In this document: one piece after another, positions 12,731-27,435 of the stretch
How the letters are laid out: each line of letters opens with the position of its first letter
Numbering within the stretch: the first letter of the stretch is position 1
Source of the DNA: Octopus sinensis
Lineage: Eukaryota
Length of the DNA stretch: 64,000 nucleotides
Direction: 5' to 3'
Assembly: GCF_006345805.1 (NCBI RefSeq)
Contig: NC_043005.1
Span: 78,120,001-78,184,000 of the forward strand
Made by a program: the position numbers and the translations under genes
The notes under the pieces: generated by a model
What the model was told of the DNA's origin: nothing
Databases searched by the model: none
The model's input: the letters and a program-made list of their open reading frames with translations, nothing else

Positions 12731-15052
12731 TACTAACATGACGGACTTAAAGCATTTTGTTTTTCTGAAAATAGCCTCCATAGAAACATTTTATCGGTTC
12801 ATTCCAAATTCCATTCCTTGATATGGATTCTTGCATCTTTAGCATTAACTTTAAGAGGACGCTCTTGTTTTCTGAATTGCAGTTGAAATTGAAAATATTT
12901 CTTTAAAATATATTGATGAACTGTAATTTAACGAGAATATTCTAAAAGCGTGGTATTATTTTAGTCGCTCGATTACATACCTCAAGAGGTTCTGCTTTTA
13001 TAACTATCTCATTTTGATTGGCAATGTATTTTATGAAATATAGATTTTCAACTGAGATATTTTAGACAGACTTGTAAGCTAAGCCTGAAACAATACGAGA
13101 TAAAAACACAAAATAAACTACAAAAGAGAAAAAATAACAGAACAACACTTGTATTTCACCAGCCTGATGTAAAATCACCAGTTTGTACAGGTCACTAGTC
13201 TGCACATGCCACTAGTCTGCGCATGTCACTAGTTTACGCATGTTACCATCCTCACCCACACAACGACTTAGTTCATCTCTCATTTCTCCACATGTCCTGA
13301 AGAAGAGATCATCACCCCGAAATATCGAAATACAAGGTAAATATTCACATGTTGTCCTTTTTTTTTTGTTTTTATATTTTACTTTGTATTTTATCTCGTG
13401 TTGTTCTAAACTTATCTTACAAGTGTGTCTAATGTCATATCATACAATGATTCACGCTAACTATTTTATTTTAAGAAATTTTAATTAATGTTGTTGTTGT
13501 TGCTTTTGCAGTTGCTTAATCTTAGTCCAGTATATCAAGACTATGCACCAGCAACCAGGTCGATCCTGATCCAACAGATCCACGGCTTAAACTATTACAG
13601 CTGTGACCATCTAATGTTAAATAAATGGTCACCATCATTCCTTCATCTCTTCTGCAGTTCGATCATGCTATCACACAGCCTTTACTAATGGTGCCCTCTC
13701 GTTGTTCGTCCAGGGGTTTGGTTTTATCACGCATACCTTTTTTCTCCGACACATTCATAACTTACTTGCCGTTTTCTATAACAGCGCCCATCTTACATAA
13801 TTTATATCACCCTTCATTTCTTCTTAACAATACACTCCTTAGCATCATCCACGTGCAATCTAAGCACTTTGCGCTCAATCTACAATGAGCAGACTTCAAA
13901 AAATATCCTCCAGCGAGGTCATGTCAATTTGCTAGTTTTAGATCCATCAATAGACCAAAGTCGGCTGCGTACCTCAAGATTCTCAGAGCAGGAGGTTAAC
14001 CCGATTTTCATGGTTTGTAATTGACTGAGGTTTCGACACTACTCCTCTGAAGAGGACACCGGTCCGCCACACGGTTAAATTCCCAGATATTGCAGGAGTT
14101 CCTTTACAGCAACGTGAAATGAAGTGTCTTGCTCAAAAACACAACTAACCACCCAGTCCAGGAATCGAAATCACGATTATAACATCGTGAATGCAACACT
14201 TTAACTACTGGACCACTTTTCTTCATCACCATTAGCAATAAAGCAAAACAAAAAAAATCATGCTACTTTCCTCTCTTTAAATATGAGCAGCACGCAAGCA
14301 GACATTTCGTGATCGTTTTAAATGCTAGGTCTTGTGATTACTTATTAGTAACTGGTTTGCTTCACTAAAATAATCGACCAGAAATACAATGCAACAATAT
14401 CCATGATGGAATACAAAAATATAGTCAACTAACTGATAGAGTCGAACAGCTGTGGCACTGCCATTTCAATTACTTTTCATAAAGTAATTTTATTACGTTT
14501 TTTTAAACACTGTACAGATATCACGTTTGATATCAACTTTATCTCATCAATGTTATACTTGTAATATTAAAAAAAAAATTCCTTTGTATTGTTTTTTTTT
14601 TTTTATGTGATTGTCAAAAATATTAAATTGCAACATTAGGATGCCGACAACAGTTCTTATACAAACATACAAAACAAAATAAAAGATTCCAAAATCAAAA
14701 ATGCAATTTTAAACGATAGAGAAAAATAAACAGTAGTCGCCAGTGTGCTGCTTTTATCAATGATACAAAATAAATGGTAATGTTCTTTAAGCTAAACTGT
14801 TTTCCAGAACGTTCTTGATGTAAATGAAATAGACGTTATGGTTGAAAAAATAGATAGTGAGCTGGTGGCGCTATATATATATATATATGTGGTGGTGTGT
14901 GTGTGGTGTGGGTGTGTGGTGTGTGATACGTCATGATGGCAATATTAAATACTGTCTTAAATACTTATAGCAAATTAGCAGAGTCAGTTCTCTGAAATTA
15001 ATAGAGTTGGAGTGTTGTATATACATATATATATATATATATATAATATATA

Positions 15053-15085
<33 letters not shown>

Positions 15086-15206
15086 CACTCCAACTCTATT
15101 AATTATATATAAACGGAATGGTTATTTGTTTCTCTGGGATTGGTCAAGAGATGAGGGCCCTCTGATGGGAACCAAAGGGGTCGAAAACCGATTAAAGATG
15201 TTGATA

Positions 15207-15330
15207 TACAGACTAGGGGGTGCTGGAAAGTTCGTGGCTTTGGGTAAAAGAAAATACAGGAGGATCAGTTAATTATGATTTTAATCAACATATTCCCCTT
15301 CTAGATTCAGACAGTTATTCCAACAACGCG
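15207..15330 (+). mobile_element. Mariner-like terminal fragment
   Basis: TACAG..GGTGCTGGAAAGTTCGTGGCTTTGGGTAAAAGAAAATAC; a related copy lies at 53546-53730. Confidence 0.45.
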
Positions 15331-15545
15331 ATTGAATATATTTCCTGTAGAATCGCGATCAATCAATCTCGAAACACGTATCCTGTCATTTAAATATTTG
15401 GATTTTCAATCCATATGCAATCTTTTTCAGCCTGATTAACTATGTGTCTGAGTAAAGTATAAAGATGAATCTGATCAGTGACCAACAATAGCCACGTAAT
15501 GAGCTGATATTGAGGCAACATAAATTGTATTTTACACCCCCCCCC

Positions 15546-15576
<31 letters not shown>

Positions 15577-16064
15577 TCTGTGTGTGTTCTTTGTCACTAA
15601 GCATAAAGGAAGCTGTCAATTTGATTTTCGATTGTATAGATATATTTCTAATTATCATTATTGTTTCCATAATAATACTGACAATTAGCACTTTAAAAAT
15701 CTATTGTTGAAAGTGCATTTTGTATCAAACAAACACCGTTTTTTTTTATTTACCATTCATTTCGAATGGTTTTCTACAGAGGCACAAGTCCCTTCAGTAT
15801 TCGTATCAATTTGCTACAATTTCAAACACAGCGTAACTGTATTTACGTATTTAGGCCTAACCATCAGTTGTATCAATTTATAGTATCGCTCTCTTACGAT
15901 AAACAAACGTTCAAATTTACATATTTACATTCGTGTATGACCCTCTTTTCCATATTTTTGCTCCAAAGTCCATATGACTTGTAGAGACATTAGCTTCTAT
16001 ACAACTCCATATAAGCTCGATTCTCCTCACCTTCCCATAAAAGTAAATATTAAAGTTAAGTATA

Positions 16065-16460
16065 AGGCGGCGATCTGGCAGAAACGTTAGCACGCCGGGC
16101 GAAATGCGTAGCTGTATTTCGTCTGCCGTTACGTTCTGAGTTCAAATTCCGCCGAGGTCGACTTTGCCTTTCATCCTTTCGGGGTCGATTAAATAAGTAT
16201 CACTTACGCACTGGGGTCGATGTATCGACTTAATCCGTTTGTCTATCCTTGTTTGTCCTCTCTGTGTTTAGCCCCTTGTGCGTAGTAAAGAAATAGGTAT
16301 TTCATTTTTGCGTTCTGAGTTCAAACGCCGCCGAAGTCGAATTTGCCTTTTCTCCTTTCGGGGTCGATAAAATAAGAACCAGTGAAGAACTGGGGTTAAT
16401 GCAGTTGTCTTATCCCTTCCCCCGAAATAACTGGCCTTGTGCCAAAATTTGAAACCAATA
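16065..16460 (+). mobile_element. SINE family A, full copy followed by a 5'-truncated second copy
   Basis: Two consecutive central domains, at ~16150 and ~16330. Confidence 0.8.
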
Positions 16461-16679
16461 TTAAAGTGTGTGAAATTGGATGGCAATTTTTTGTGTCAAG
16501 TGTCAAGAGAATAAGAAATATATTTTTTTTTCCTCCCTTACCTTATATGTGATGGTTACAAACGGAATATCTTTACAGATAAAGTGTTTCGTAAATCTTT
16601 GGAGTTTACACAATTTTCAGACCTTTTTGAATGAAATTCAGGGTTAGATAATAACGAAGAAAGCACTCATCATACAATG

Positions 16680-16696
16680 CTAATGATGACGATGAC

Positions 16697-16740
<44 letters not shown>

Positions 16741-16765
16741 CGATGATGATGACGATGATGATGAC

Positions 16766-16805
<40 letters not shown>

Positions 16806-17000
16806 GTGGTGGTGGTGGTGGTGGAGTGGTGTTAACAATGATGATAGATGTGGTGGCGGTTGTAACGGCGACGATGATGTTGATTATGATGATAATGATG
16901 GTCGTTGTCGTTGTGGCTGTGATGATGACGTTAGTGGGAATGAGGGCGGGGCGGTGATAATAATATTGATGGAGGTGATAGTAGACGTGGTGGTTGTGAT
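16680..17000. repeat. (GAT)n / (GGT)n trinucleotide microsatellite region
   Basis: Direct inspection; it explains the poly-S/poly-W ORFs. Confidence 0.9.
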
Positions 17001-17544
17001 GATGATAACGATAGTGCTGATGGTGGTAGTGAGGGTGAAGGCGCGGGTGTAGATGATAAAGATGGCGGGGATAAAAACATACCAACACCACACATACACA
17101 TATATATATATATATATGACAAGCTTCTACACAGTTTCCCCTATCAAATACACTGACTCGGCCAAGGTACCGCTGAACGGGATTGATCCCGAAACCGCGT
17201 AACTGCAAAACGAGCTCAGACAGCCATACGTGCAATCTATACAAAAAAAGACCCAAAAGAATATAAAAGAAACTACATACAAATCGGATATAAAATACAT
17301 ATAATTTATTATTCTTATATTACGTAATTTGTTTCAGTCATCTAACTGGAGCCATGCTGGAGCACCGCCTTTAGTCGAAGAAATCGCCCCCAGGACTTAT
17401 TCGTTGTAAACCTATTCTATCGGTCGCGTTTGCAGAACCGCTGGGTTACGGGAGGTAAGCTCACCAACATCGGTTGTCAAGCGATGGTGGGGTGACAGAC
17501 ACAGACACACAAATATATACATACATTTTTTATTTATTTACTCG

Positions 17545-17810
17545 CCCTGTTGAAGTCTAGCCAGGCTCATGGGCCCGGTTTCCCGGTTTCTATGGCGTAT
17601 GTGTTCCCCCAGCTGTTCAAGAAACATGAAAAAAGAGTGAGAGAAAGTTGGGACGAAAGAGAACAACTGGGGTCGCTACTACCCTCTGCCGGAGCCTCGT
17701 GGAGCATTAGCTGTTTTCGCTCAATAAACAAACACAACGCTCGGTCAGGGAATCGAAACCGCGATCCTCCGACCGCGAGTCGGCTAACCACTGGTCCATT
17801 GCGCCTCCAC
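17545..17810 (-). mobile_element. SINE family C
   Basis: Reverse complement of the 8548 head; shares GGGCCCGGTTTCCCGGTTTCTATGGCG with 29925-30170. Confidence 0.75.
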
Positions 17811-18159
17811 AATACATATATTATTATTATTATTCCCACTATTTTCTTTACATGTTTTCGAAAAATGCCGTAGTGATTTCTATGTGTCTGCAATCATCAA
17901 GCAAATTATATTTACTAGTGCCAATGAAACATAAGTGATTGTGACTGAAATGCCGTTACTTATTCAGGTCAGTATTGCATGAGGAAACGGATTTCCTTTT
18001 AAATTTTCTGTCTGAGAAATATATGAGAACAAGAAATTACTTCTTGAAAGTATTGAAAGAGAAATGGAAGAAGCATATTTTTTCCATAATGTAAAGCAAT
18101 TCCATTTGAGTTTTGCATTTGGAACTACAGGAAATTTCTCGAAACATTCAGAAAAATAC

Positions 18160-18770
18160 ATACGGCCAATGTGTTGATAGACTTTTACAGATGATACATT
18201 TATTAATTTCAAACAAGTACAGAACTCTAATCTTCTTCAATCAAAAAAGGTTCTTCTAGTTGCGCTGTACTTGATGTAGCATTCCACTCACTTCATGACG
18301 GCCCTTTGGAAGCCCCTAAATGAAGGTGTTTAGATCCCCCGTCAGCCTAATATCTTAAAAAAAATTGGGGTTCTCCTCCTTGGGGAACAACTAAACGTCA
18401 CAGGAAGCAAGGTCTGGGATGTACGGAGGGTAAAGGGCTATTTTGATGGTCATCTCTGTCACGTATTTGGTTACCAATATGGAATTGAGGACTGGTGCAT
18501 TGTTCAGTTGCAAGTACTCAGGCCTTTTTTCGGCTAAACTTCTTCCCGAACTCCTTCAAAACCTCCACGAGAGAATCCAGTGGTTGTAGATGATGCCCTT
18601 GCTGTCGAAAAAGGATATCATCATGAGATTCCCGATGAACTCGAACTTATTGGGTCTGAAAGAGTCAGGATGTTTCCATTTGCTACTGCCTCTTGTTCTC
18701 TAGACCATAACAGTATATCCAGCTTTGGCCACAGGTCACCAAAGGCTCGAGTAGACGGACGTATAAATTT
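18160..18770 (-). pseudogene. Decayed mariner transposase and 3' terminus
   Basis: Minus-strand translation gives NNAPVLNSILVTKYVTEMTIKIALYPPYIPDLASCDV*LFPK (mariner DNAP...PPYSPDLAPCDF motif) and upstream ...SWIYCY... Confidence 0.8.
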
Positions 18771-19738
18771 CTTTTTAAAATAGAAGGTTAGAGTTGTTTG
18801 CTTAGAGGAAACTCTTTTCCGCTCTATAAAATTCTCGGTAAACACGCACAAGCATTTGTTGTGATAGTAGAATATTTTGCGCTTCGTTCAAAATTTGTGT
18901 CTTGCGCTTGAAAAATAAACTCGTAAACCCGGGGTCTCATAAAACGCTCCCTCGAAAAGTGAAGTATCACTGTATATTTTTTTTTTTCCATTTTGAGGTA
19001 ACATCAAAACCTATATCTGATCGAACACGTGTCTGAAACGTAAACTATAGAGATTCTTTATAGATATCCAATTACCAGACATTCCTTTACAGATAAAGTA
19101 AATGCGTTTTTATATAAACAACCTATTCATCAAGTCGCTCTTAAGTATCGTTCACAGTTGTCTAGCTACAAACTGTTAATTCCTCTTTTGTTTTATCAAA
19201 ACTGAGATCGCATTATTCCTTTTCGAAGATAAACATCAATATTAATAATCGTTATTAGGACCGTATTGTTGCGTTGTAAAGAAATGACAAATATTTCAGC
19301 AGATGCATATGTAGTCTCATGTGAAAACAATTTCTCGTCGATAATTATATAGTTTCGGTTTTTGATCTGAAGAAATATTTAGTTTCTTTAACCATGTTTA
19401 CACATTCTTTCTGATTGTGTGAAAGAAAATAAGTAATAATGTAGGCATAGTAAGTGTGGATACTTATTCATCGATTGGCAGTTACATCGATGGATATATC
19501 CAGCATCTATCCATATGTGTGCGTATGCGGTGTGTGTGTGTACGTACGTAAAATAGTGATGGAATGCACGACAGCAATGGGATCGGCATTGTCTGGATAA
19601 TGCAAAAGATACAACGACTGTGATATTGTATTTTTCTATTTCCTCTTCCCCATATTCGTGTGCGTGAGTGTCTGGTTGTATTTTCATATGTACGGGTGCG
19701 TGTCTGCGTGTTTAGTATGCATGGGTGCATATATCATC

Positions 19739-19782
<44 letters not shown>

Positions 19783-20329
19783 CACTCTACTCTTTTACTT
19801 GTTTCAGTCATTTGACTGCAGCCATATATGTATGTAGGTGTGAGAGTGTGTATGTTTGCGCGCGTTTGTATATGTCCGTGCGTTATTATGTGTATTGATG
19901 CATACTTGAACGAACATGTATGTATACGTATTGGCCGATTCTCGAAGGTTAGCTAAAGACAATCGAGTGTGTAACCAACCATGAAGAACAAATCAACAGT
20001 ACAACGAAATCAAATGCCTTTTAACTTACGGAGCCTATATTTACATATCACCTGAGGAAACACAACTAGATCTCATAATGCAGAGAAACGGTCGCATAAT
20101 CAAGTACCTCCACGCCTGGAGAACTACGTTGTGTATAAACAACTACAGATATTGAAAAAGTTGTTCAACCGTACTCCTTGTTGACTCCAAATTTTCCACT
20201 CATCCATTTCACACACGACAGAAGCCCAAACGCAAACCTGAAAGTATGTATAATACTACTATTGGATAGTACTGGGTGGAATCTGAAGGTGGACGAGCTT
20301 TATACGGCACTCTACTACGGTCATAACAG

Positions 20330-20365
<36 letters not shown>

Positions 20366-20487
20366 GAAAATACGTTACCGGTTTCCATTGTTTCAGTTAT
20401 TTACATTTAGTCATGTTGTAAGAGAAGATAAAACAAACTGAAATAAATTAAACTTATCGGACACGATATCTCTTCTGGTATTTGGTG

Positions 20488-20532
<45 letters not shown>

Positions 20533-21098
20533 ATCAATAAATAGTTGGCTGCTGTGCTTGTCTTTTCGTACATTTCATGTAGTTTCGAAAATTGTTAAAA
20601 TATACCCCATGATATGATGGTAATCTTCAGTCATGCGAGACTGCGAGATAGTTCCAACTTCTAGTTGAGTTCTATTTCCTGCCGCTTTCACTTCCACAAT
20701 TACGTGATTTCCGATGTTGGCCAATAGCCGGAAGGGAAATTAGCTTTGTCGGATTGATCTGTACTCGGCATGACGACTGATGAAAGGGAAATCTTCGTTG
20801 GAGATCCACCAACACCATAGAAAAGGGTATCTTATAAATGGTGTTGCTTGTTTAAAACACACTGGTGCGGCGTCGTCGTCATCGTAATCGTCATCACCGC
20901 CGTAATCATTCTAATGCAATAGTCATCATCAATATCGTCATCCAATGCATCTTCCTCCTCTTCCTCATCATCATCATCTTCATCACCCATCCTCTCCCTC
21001 CTCCTCCTCTACCCCATCATCATCATCATCTTTATCATCAGTACCCGCACCTTCACTCTTACTATCACCATCACCACCATCATCATCATCATCATCAT

Positions 21099-21129
<31 letters not shown>

Positions 21130-21733
21130 GTCGATGTCGTCGTCGTCGTCGTCGTGACAACGACCGCGTCCCCCATCACCCCCATCAACATTATTATAGA
21201 AAAAGTACTAAACTTCAAAAAAAGTAATTACTCAGGTCGATTTCTTTCGATTAAACCGTTTAACGCGGTGCTCCAGCATGGCCGCATTCACCCAAATTCA
21301 CTCGCTAATTGTTGATCAGCCCGGTTCCATAGTAAAATGTACCTGTGCAATATACTGCGCAGTGGAACTGAACCCAAAACTGCGTGATTGCAAAGCGGGC
21401 TTCTTAACCACACAGCCATACCTGCCTATCTTCAACTAGCGTATATCATCATTGAGCTTGTTTTTCGTTATGTCTGAGTTTTGCAACTGAACTTTTTAGA
21501 ATTATGTTAAATGTTTAGCAAGAGTAAGTTCTACTTTTAGAAAAGAAAAAAGAATGCTATAGGCGCAGGTGTGGCGGTTGTGGTAAGAAGTTTGCTATCT
21601 ACCACATGTTTCCGGTTCAGTCCCACTGCATGGTACCTTGGGCAAGTGTCTTCTACTGTAGCCTCGGGCTGACCTAAGCTTGTGAGTGGATTTGGTAGTC
21701 GGAAAACTGAAAGAAGCCCGTCGTATATATGTA

Positions 21734-21793
<60 letters not shown>

Positions 21794-21795
<2 letters not shown>

Positions 21796-22493
21796 TCACA
21801 ATCCAGGAACGGCCATAATAGGCATTCACCCACTGAAATAACAGCCAAAGCTTCAACCGCAAAATAACATTAATTCCGTAAACCAGGAGAAAATTAACAA
21901 CATTTACCCTGTAATTTCTTATACGAGATGCACCGTTTCATCTACTGTTAATGGCAAACTAACCTGATTAAATTAAATCAAGCCAATCTTCCATAGGCCC
22001 TTAGATTCGTCAGTAAGAAATAGCCAGATCGGAACAGATATTTTCACGAGGCATTTCTGTCCCTGCCTCGCAATATCTGACCTAAAATTTCAAATCATCG
22101 CACTCGCGCCAAATTTTATCGGCAGCAAATAAATATAAGCCGCCGATTCCATTACGGAATTAAAACAGAAAATTCATAATTAATCAATATAGGGTGGCAA
22201 AAAATTTTGTAGAATTTTTTGCCACCAGCGGCCTAGTGGGAAAAATTTAAATAGTCATAGACCATTTTTTAAGTTCAACATCACAATCAAGAACGGCCAT
22301 AATAGGCCATTCACCAACTAGAATAACAGCCAAAGCTTCAACCGCAAAATAACATTGAATGGCCTATTATGGCCATCCTTGATGTGATGTTGAACTGAAA
22401 AATGGTCTATGACTATTTAATTTTTTTTCCACTAGGCCGCTGGTGGCAAAAAAATTCTACAAAATTTTTTGCCACCCTATATTGATTAATTAT
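21794..22493. repeat. Composite repeat: 78-bp direct repeat (21794-21871 / 22279-22356) plus inverted arms 22176-22313 / 22356-22493
   Basis: Direct sequence comparison; each arm contains a 14-bp-stem hairpin GGTGGCAAAAAATT/AATTTTTTGCCACC. Confidence 0.85.
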
Positions 22494-22505
22494 ATATATA
22501 AATAG

Positions 22506-22537
<32 letters not shown>

Positions 22538-23985
22538 CTGCTAAGTTATGGAGACGCAAACACAATTGTCAAGCTATGATGGGGGACAAACACTGACACA
22601 AAGACATATATGTGTATATATACACATGTGTGTGTATGTGTGTGTCTCTGTATCTGTATTTGTTTCCATCATCGCTTGACAACCGCCGTTGCTGTGTTTA
22701 CGTCTCCGTAACTTATCAGTTTGGCAAATAAGACAGATAAAATAAGTACTAGGTTTAAAAATAAGTCATGCGGTCGATTTATTATTCTATGACCCTTCTA
22801 GGCGGTGTTCCAGCATGGTCGCAGTCAAATGACTGAAACCTGTAAGAGTGTAAATGAATAATTGATATAACTGTGGAATGCCTTTGAGTTCCGTTTTCTC
22901 CTTTTTCTCATACAAACTCCATCATTCATCCATATACATTATTAGCTCCCAGAAGGTGTTTCACATTTAAGTCCCAGTTATTGACCAAGTTTATATTTAT
23001 TAAGTATAAGCGAAACATTCTATTTCTCTAACATAAACCTGTCAAGTCTATCTGACAGGTCGCACCTTCAAACATTTTATATATTTATTTAATCTTTCTA
23101 AGTGATGGCTTCGATATCTCTTTCTGAATCTTTCCTGTTTTGTTGCTGTTTCTGTTGACTACCAAAATATTTAATACTCTGTAAGCCATCTCATCAAATC
23201 CTCTTTTGTTTGTCTCATAGCTTAATTTCAACATTTCACTCATAATCTATCCCTCAGGCTAGAAAACTTTCAAAGCTTGAAAACACCATTTAATATATTT
23301 TTAATGTTGCGTTACACTTTAAATAACTCTGTTCGTCCACATGACATTTCAATACTTGCAACAACTCGGACAATAATACGTGTTTTTTTAGCTTTATTTT
23401 TACAGCTGTTATTCAAAGGATGGTTTTACATTTTTCGGCATTAAGTCTGCGACTAGTTTGGAATTTATCGATTTAACATCCAGATCGACTTATTTTATGT
23501 CATGGTTCACAAAACTAGTTTGTTTCTTAAATGTCAGCAGTGAACTTTGGCTATAAAAAATATTTGACTTTGTATTTTTTGTCGCTGTTTTCGCCTTTCT
23601 CTCTCATCTAAACTCCAGTTGTCTCTTTATGGATTTATAACTATGTGGATAAATATTATTACAGCGAATCGTTTGTAATATCGTTTTGTTCTATTCAAGT
23701 TTAAGCGATCATGTAACAATCTCAGCATGAAATTTAGTAAAATATGCAAAAGACAGCAATCGCTTCGTAGTCTTGTAGTTTCCGCTCCAATCCCACTGAA
23801 ATCGCTAACTTCATCGCTGATTTAATAGGACTATTAAGACTTTTAGTACAGTGCCTTTCTCCAGACAAATCCAATAAATTACATTTACAATTTGAAAACT
23901 GCAACCCATCTAGACGATACAATTCAACAAATAATTTTAGAACACCCTTTGTATGTGCGTACGTTTGTTTATCTATGTATACGTA

Positions 23986-24073
<88 letters not shown>

Positions 24074-24204
24074 AATCTATCTATCTATCATCTATCTATC
24101 TATCGGTCTATCTGTCTGTATGTACGTATATGTATATAAATATATGCATGTATATGTGTGTGTCTATATATGTATATATATATTTTTATACTCACTCACA
24201 CAAA

Positions 24205-24236
<32 letters not shown>

Positions 24237-25795
24237 ATGTAAAGGTGGATGAACTCCGTTGAATCAGCGACTATCCAAGGGCTGGGAGTGAGTGTCTCTC
24301 AGCGCTTGTTTCAACGTCTCTTTAGAAGAAGGATAACTGATGTGAGAATTGTTTTTATCCAATGATGTAGAACAGTTCTTCATTTAGGAGGCACATGCAT
24401 ACGTTGTTTAGAGAGAGGGCTTGACCCTATGGAAGGCCTTTTTTCACCTTCTGATACAGGCCTAGCTTCATTATTTACATCTCTATCATGTGTTGCGTAC
24501 AATAGTAGACCGAAAGCGAAAATTACAAAACAATAAAAAAAATGCCATGATGGAATGAAGGCATCTCTGAACGTGGGTAGTAAATCCTTGTGTAAGAGAC
24601 AACCATCGTTGCCACATTTATGAAAAAGAGCGAAATTGTCTAGTGGGATTGGAGGGTCACACCTGTATTGCTTTGGGACTGGAGGGTCACACCTGTGTTG
24701 CTTTAAGAGAGGTGATAAGAAACTTTGGGCCTAACTAAACAGCAGAATGTCTTTAGAGAAGAAAACTCCTGAGGCAAGTGTTTCATCCCTTAACTTGTTA
24801 CACTCTAATAGAACCGGGCCACATTCAGGTCATGAATCCTGAGTGCCCTTCTACTGACATGTTTTCAGTCCCTTGGATATTGGAGGATTATTGTGCATTC
24901 AACAGTATGGTGATTTTGTTGACGAGATCTAGCTGTAGCTTGTCTCCGTTGACTCTGCTTTCAAACTTATGTTTAGAAATAAACGTATATTTTGTTGCAA
25001 GCAGTAATCATTGCTTCCACATCTGTGCTAAAGAGTGTAGGTCCATTCCAGAACCGAGAAAGCTACATTTGTGTAGCTTTAAGAGAACATTCAAACGATA
25101 GCATTCTTCTAAATTGAGATGCAGCAATAATGAATGTATGTGTGTAAGTATGTATGTATGTATGTATGTATGTATGTAGTATGTATGTATGTATGTATGT
25201 ATGTAGTATGTATGTATGTGTGTGTATGTATGTATGTATGTATGTATTATGTATGTATGTATGTGTGTGTATGTATGTATGTATGTATGTATGTATGTAT
25301 GTCATTCAGTTTATTTCAAGATTTCTTGCCAATAGAGAAAGAACCGTTTTCTAACCTAGATCCAAGGCTCCTTCATTGGAATTTCAACATCAACAAGGTA
25401 TGTATGTATGTATGTATGTATGCATGTATGTATGTATGCATGTGCAGATTTGTATGTTTTATGTATGTATTCTCATGAATATAGTTGCATATCTAGACAT
25501 ATAGTTAATAAATAAATTTTCTGATTTTGAGAAGCCTAATTGCTGAAGATTTGTATTCAGGCAGTGTGTTACATACGCCAGGGCCATGTAATCTGGATAG
25601 AGTAACTGCAGATTTCTCAATAGTTCAGGATAGGTGTTCTCATTTTCCCTGATCTTCAGCCTTATGTTAACATCCGCTGGGCGGCTAATTTCCATAACTG
25701 TAGTTTCTCTTCTCTATCCCAAATCCTCATATCATGTCTGATGTATGTATGTATGTATTTATGTATGTATTTATGTATGTATGTATGTATGTATG

Positions 25796-25829
<34 letters not shown>

Positions 25830-26478
25830 TGTATATATTTAATAATTTTTTTAAGCATTAATTTCTCAAGACATTTGCCGAAAATCAATTCTTTTACATG
25901 TATTTCCTTTGGTGCATATCTGCTCTTCGTTCTAAGACTTGTGCAAAGTATAATCATTATGTGCTATAAAAATTCGTGTATGAAATTAAGATGCGGATCA
26001 ATTCCCTTAATCCACAGTATCATAAAGACACTGAATTAATTTGCTATAATAACACATTACACGCATTCTTCATTAATTAACTTTTCAGACGATGTTTCCA
26101 GAGCAAGATGGACAGATTGTGTCAAGTCCTTTGAAGTCGTACTCTCTGGGGTATTTGAACTCAGCATTTAATGGAGGATAAATACTCGCCAGTAATGAAT
26201 TATTGCACACTAGCAGCAGTAGTACAGAGAATTCTGCAGGTTTATTTGTACTTAAAATAAATATAATTGCATAAATTCATTATAATTTGAATAAATTGCC
26301 TTTCAAAGAGGCTGAAGAAATTCGGTTGTTCCACGAGCGTAGTTTCGTTTGAAATCGTTGAGAGGCTAAATCACTTCCAAGCTGATCGAATCTCAGCTTG
26401 ATACAAATCTGCATAAAAGTATAGAACCTAAAGTAAACGTTTACCGTTAGATTTCTTTTGTTTTCTTAAAAGCATACT

Positions 26479-26524
<46 letters not shown>

Positions 26525-26550
26525 TATTATTATTATTATTATTATTGTTA

Positions 26551-27106
26551 TTGAGTGAGAGAGCAGTTGTTCATGCCATCAAAGTGACACTGGGGTAAAA
26601 TATACGAAGCCCAATATACCCATCATGACTACCCGTCTGATAAGGCACACCAGGCACATGCATCACAACCATATGTGCGCGACATGGTGATCTCATATCA
26701 AGATAAACAGCACAGACCTTGCAGGTGGGGCCAGTTAGAATTTTCTTCTCAGGTTGAGTAGCCCATCCCGCTCAAGCGGTCCCTGAATAAGGGTTGTTTA
26801 AGGATGTTGAAAGAACCCCCCATGTTTCCAGAGGTGATTATTCAAACCCCAAAGAATCCCCCTCAACACATGGCTATGAGGCTCCCCCACTACTTCTGCT
26901 CATGATCAGAGATGCACATATCGTCAGCACTAAGGGACATGCTCAACTGGTTAAGGTCAAACAACTGACAAGCAAATCTATGGTATTGAGCAGAATATTT
27001 GCTGTAGCCCATCTTTTATACCAAGACAAAACAATGTACATGATAACACTTCCAATCAGTTAAGATCAGAAGCCATGAGAACCATTGCCTGGTACTGCAT
27101 CAGGGC
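26551..27106. mobile_element. Unclassified ~555-bp interspersed element embedded in (ATT)n
   Basis: GC-richer unique block with (ATT)n on both sides; no TIR or ORF recognised. Confidence 0.5.
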
Positions 27107-27158
27107 ATTATTATTATTATTATTATTATTAACATTATTATTATTATTATTAACATTA

Positions 27159-27238
<80 letters not shown>

Positions 27239-27239
27239 G

Positions 27240-27435
27240 TCAATCCAAACCAGAATAAGCAAGAAAAATCAACAACGCGAGAATGTGGAATAAGTACAGT
27301 GTTATAGGTCGTTCAAGAAAGGAAAGAAAAGAAAGAGGATTTTACGTTTTGAGCGGAGCTCTTCATCAGGAATATAGAAAAAGTCTAAAGAAGGGAAGAC
27401 GGAGAAAGAAAATCGCCAACGATACACACGTGGTC
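27240..27435 (-). mobile_element. Family H hammerhead-bearing repeat
   Basis: Minus strand 27339-27373 reads AUUC CUGAUGA A GAGC UCC GCUC AAAAC GUA AAAU (G12A). Confidence 0.7.

Noticed and set aside
13272-13336. Open segment FISHFSTCPEEEIITPKYRNT before a GTAAAT donor
   Set aside because: Poor acceptor and no supporting neighbouring exon
18191-18249. Apparent exon DDTFINFKQVQNSNLLQSKK
   Set aside because: Lies within the 3' end of the minus-strand mariner fossil; weak donor
19930-20300. Possible Gypsy pol tail (RS...PPRLENYVV)
   Set aside because: A single short motif; no LTR, RT or integrase core visible
23734-23922. Minus ORF with LLDLSGERH...GLERKL, faintly hAT-transposase-like
   Set aside because: Too short and divergent to support without a profile search
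24640-24706. 28-bp direct repeat pair (GGGACTGGAGGGTCACACCTGTGTTGCTTT-like)
   Set aside because: Only two adjacent copies with no spacer; not CRISPR-like
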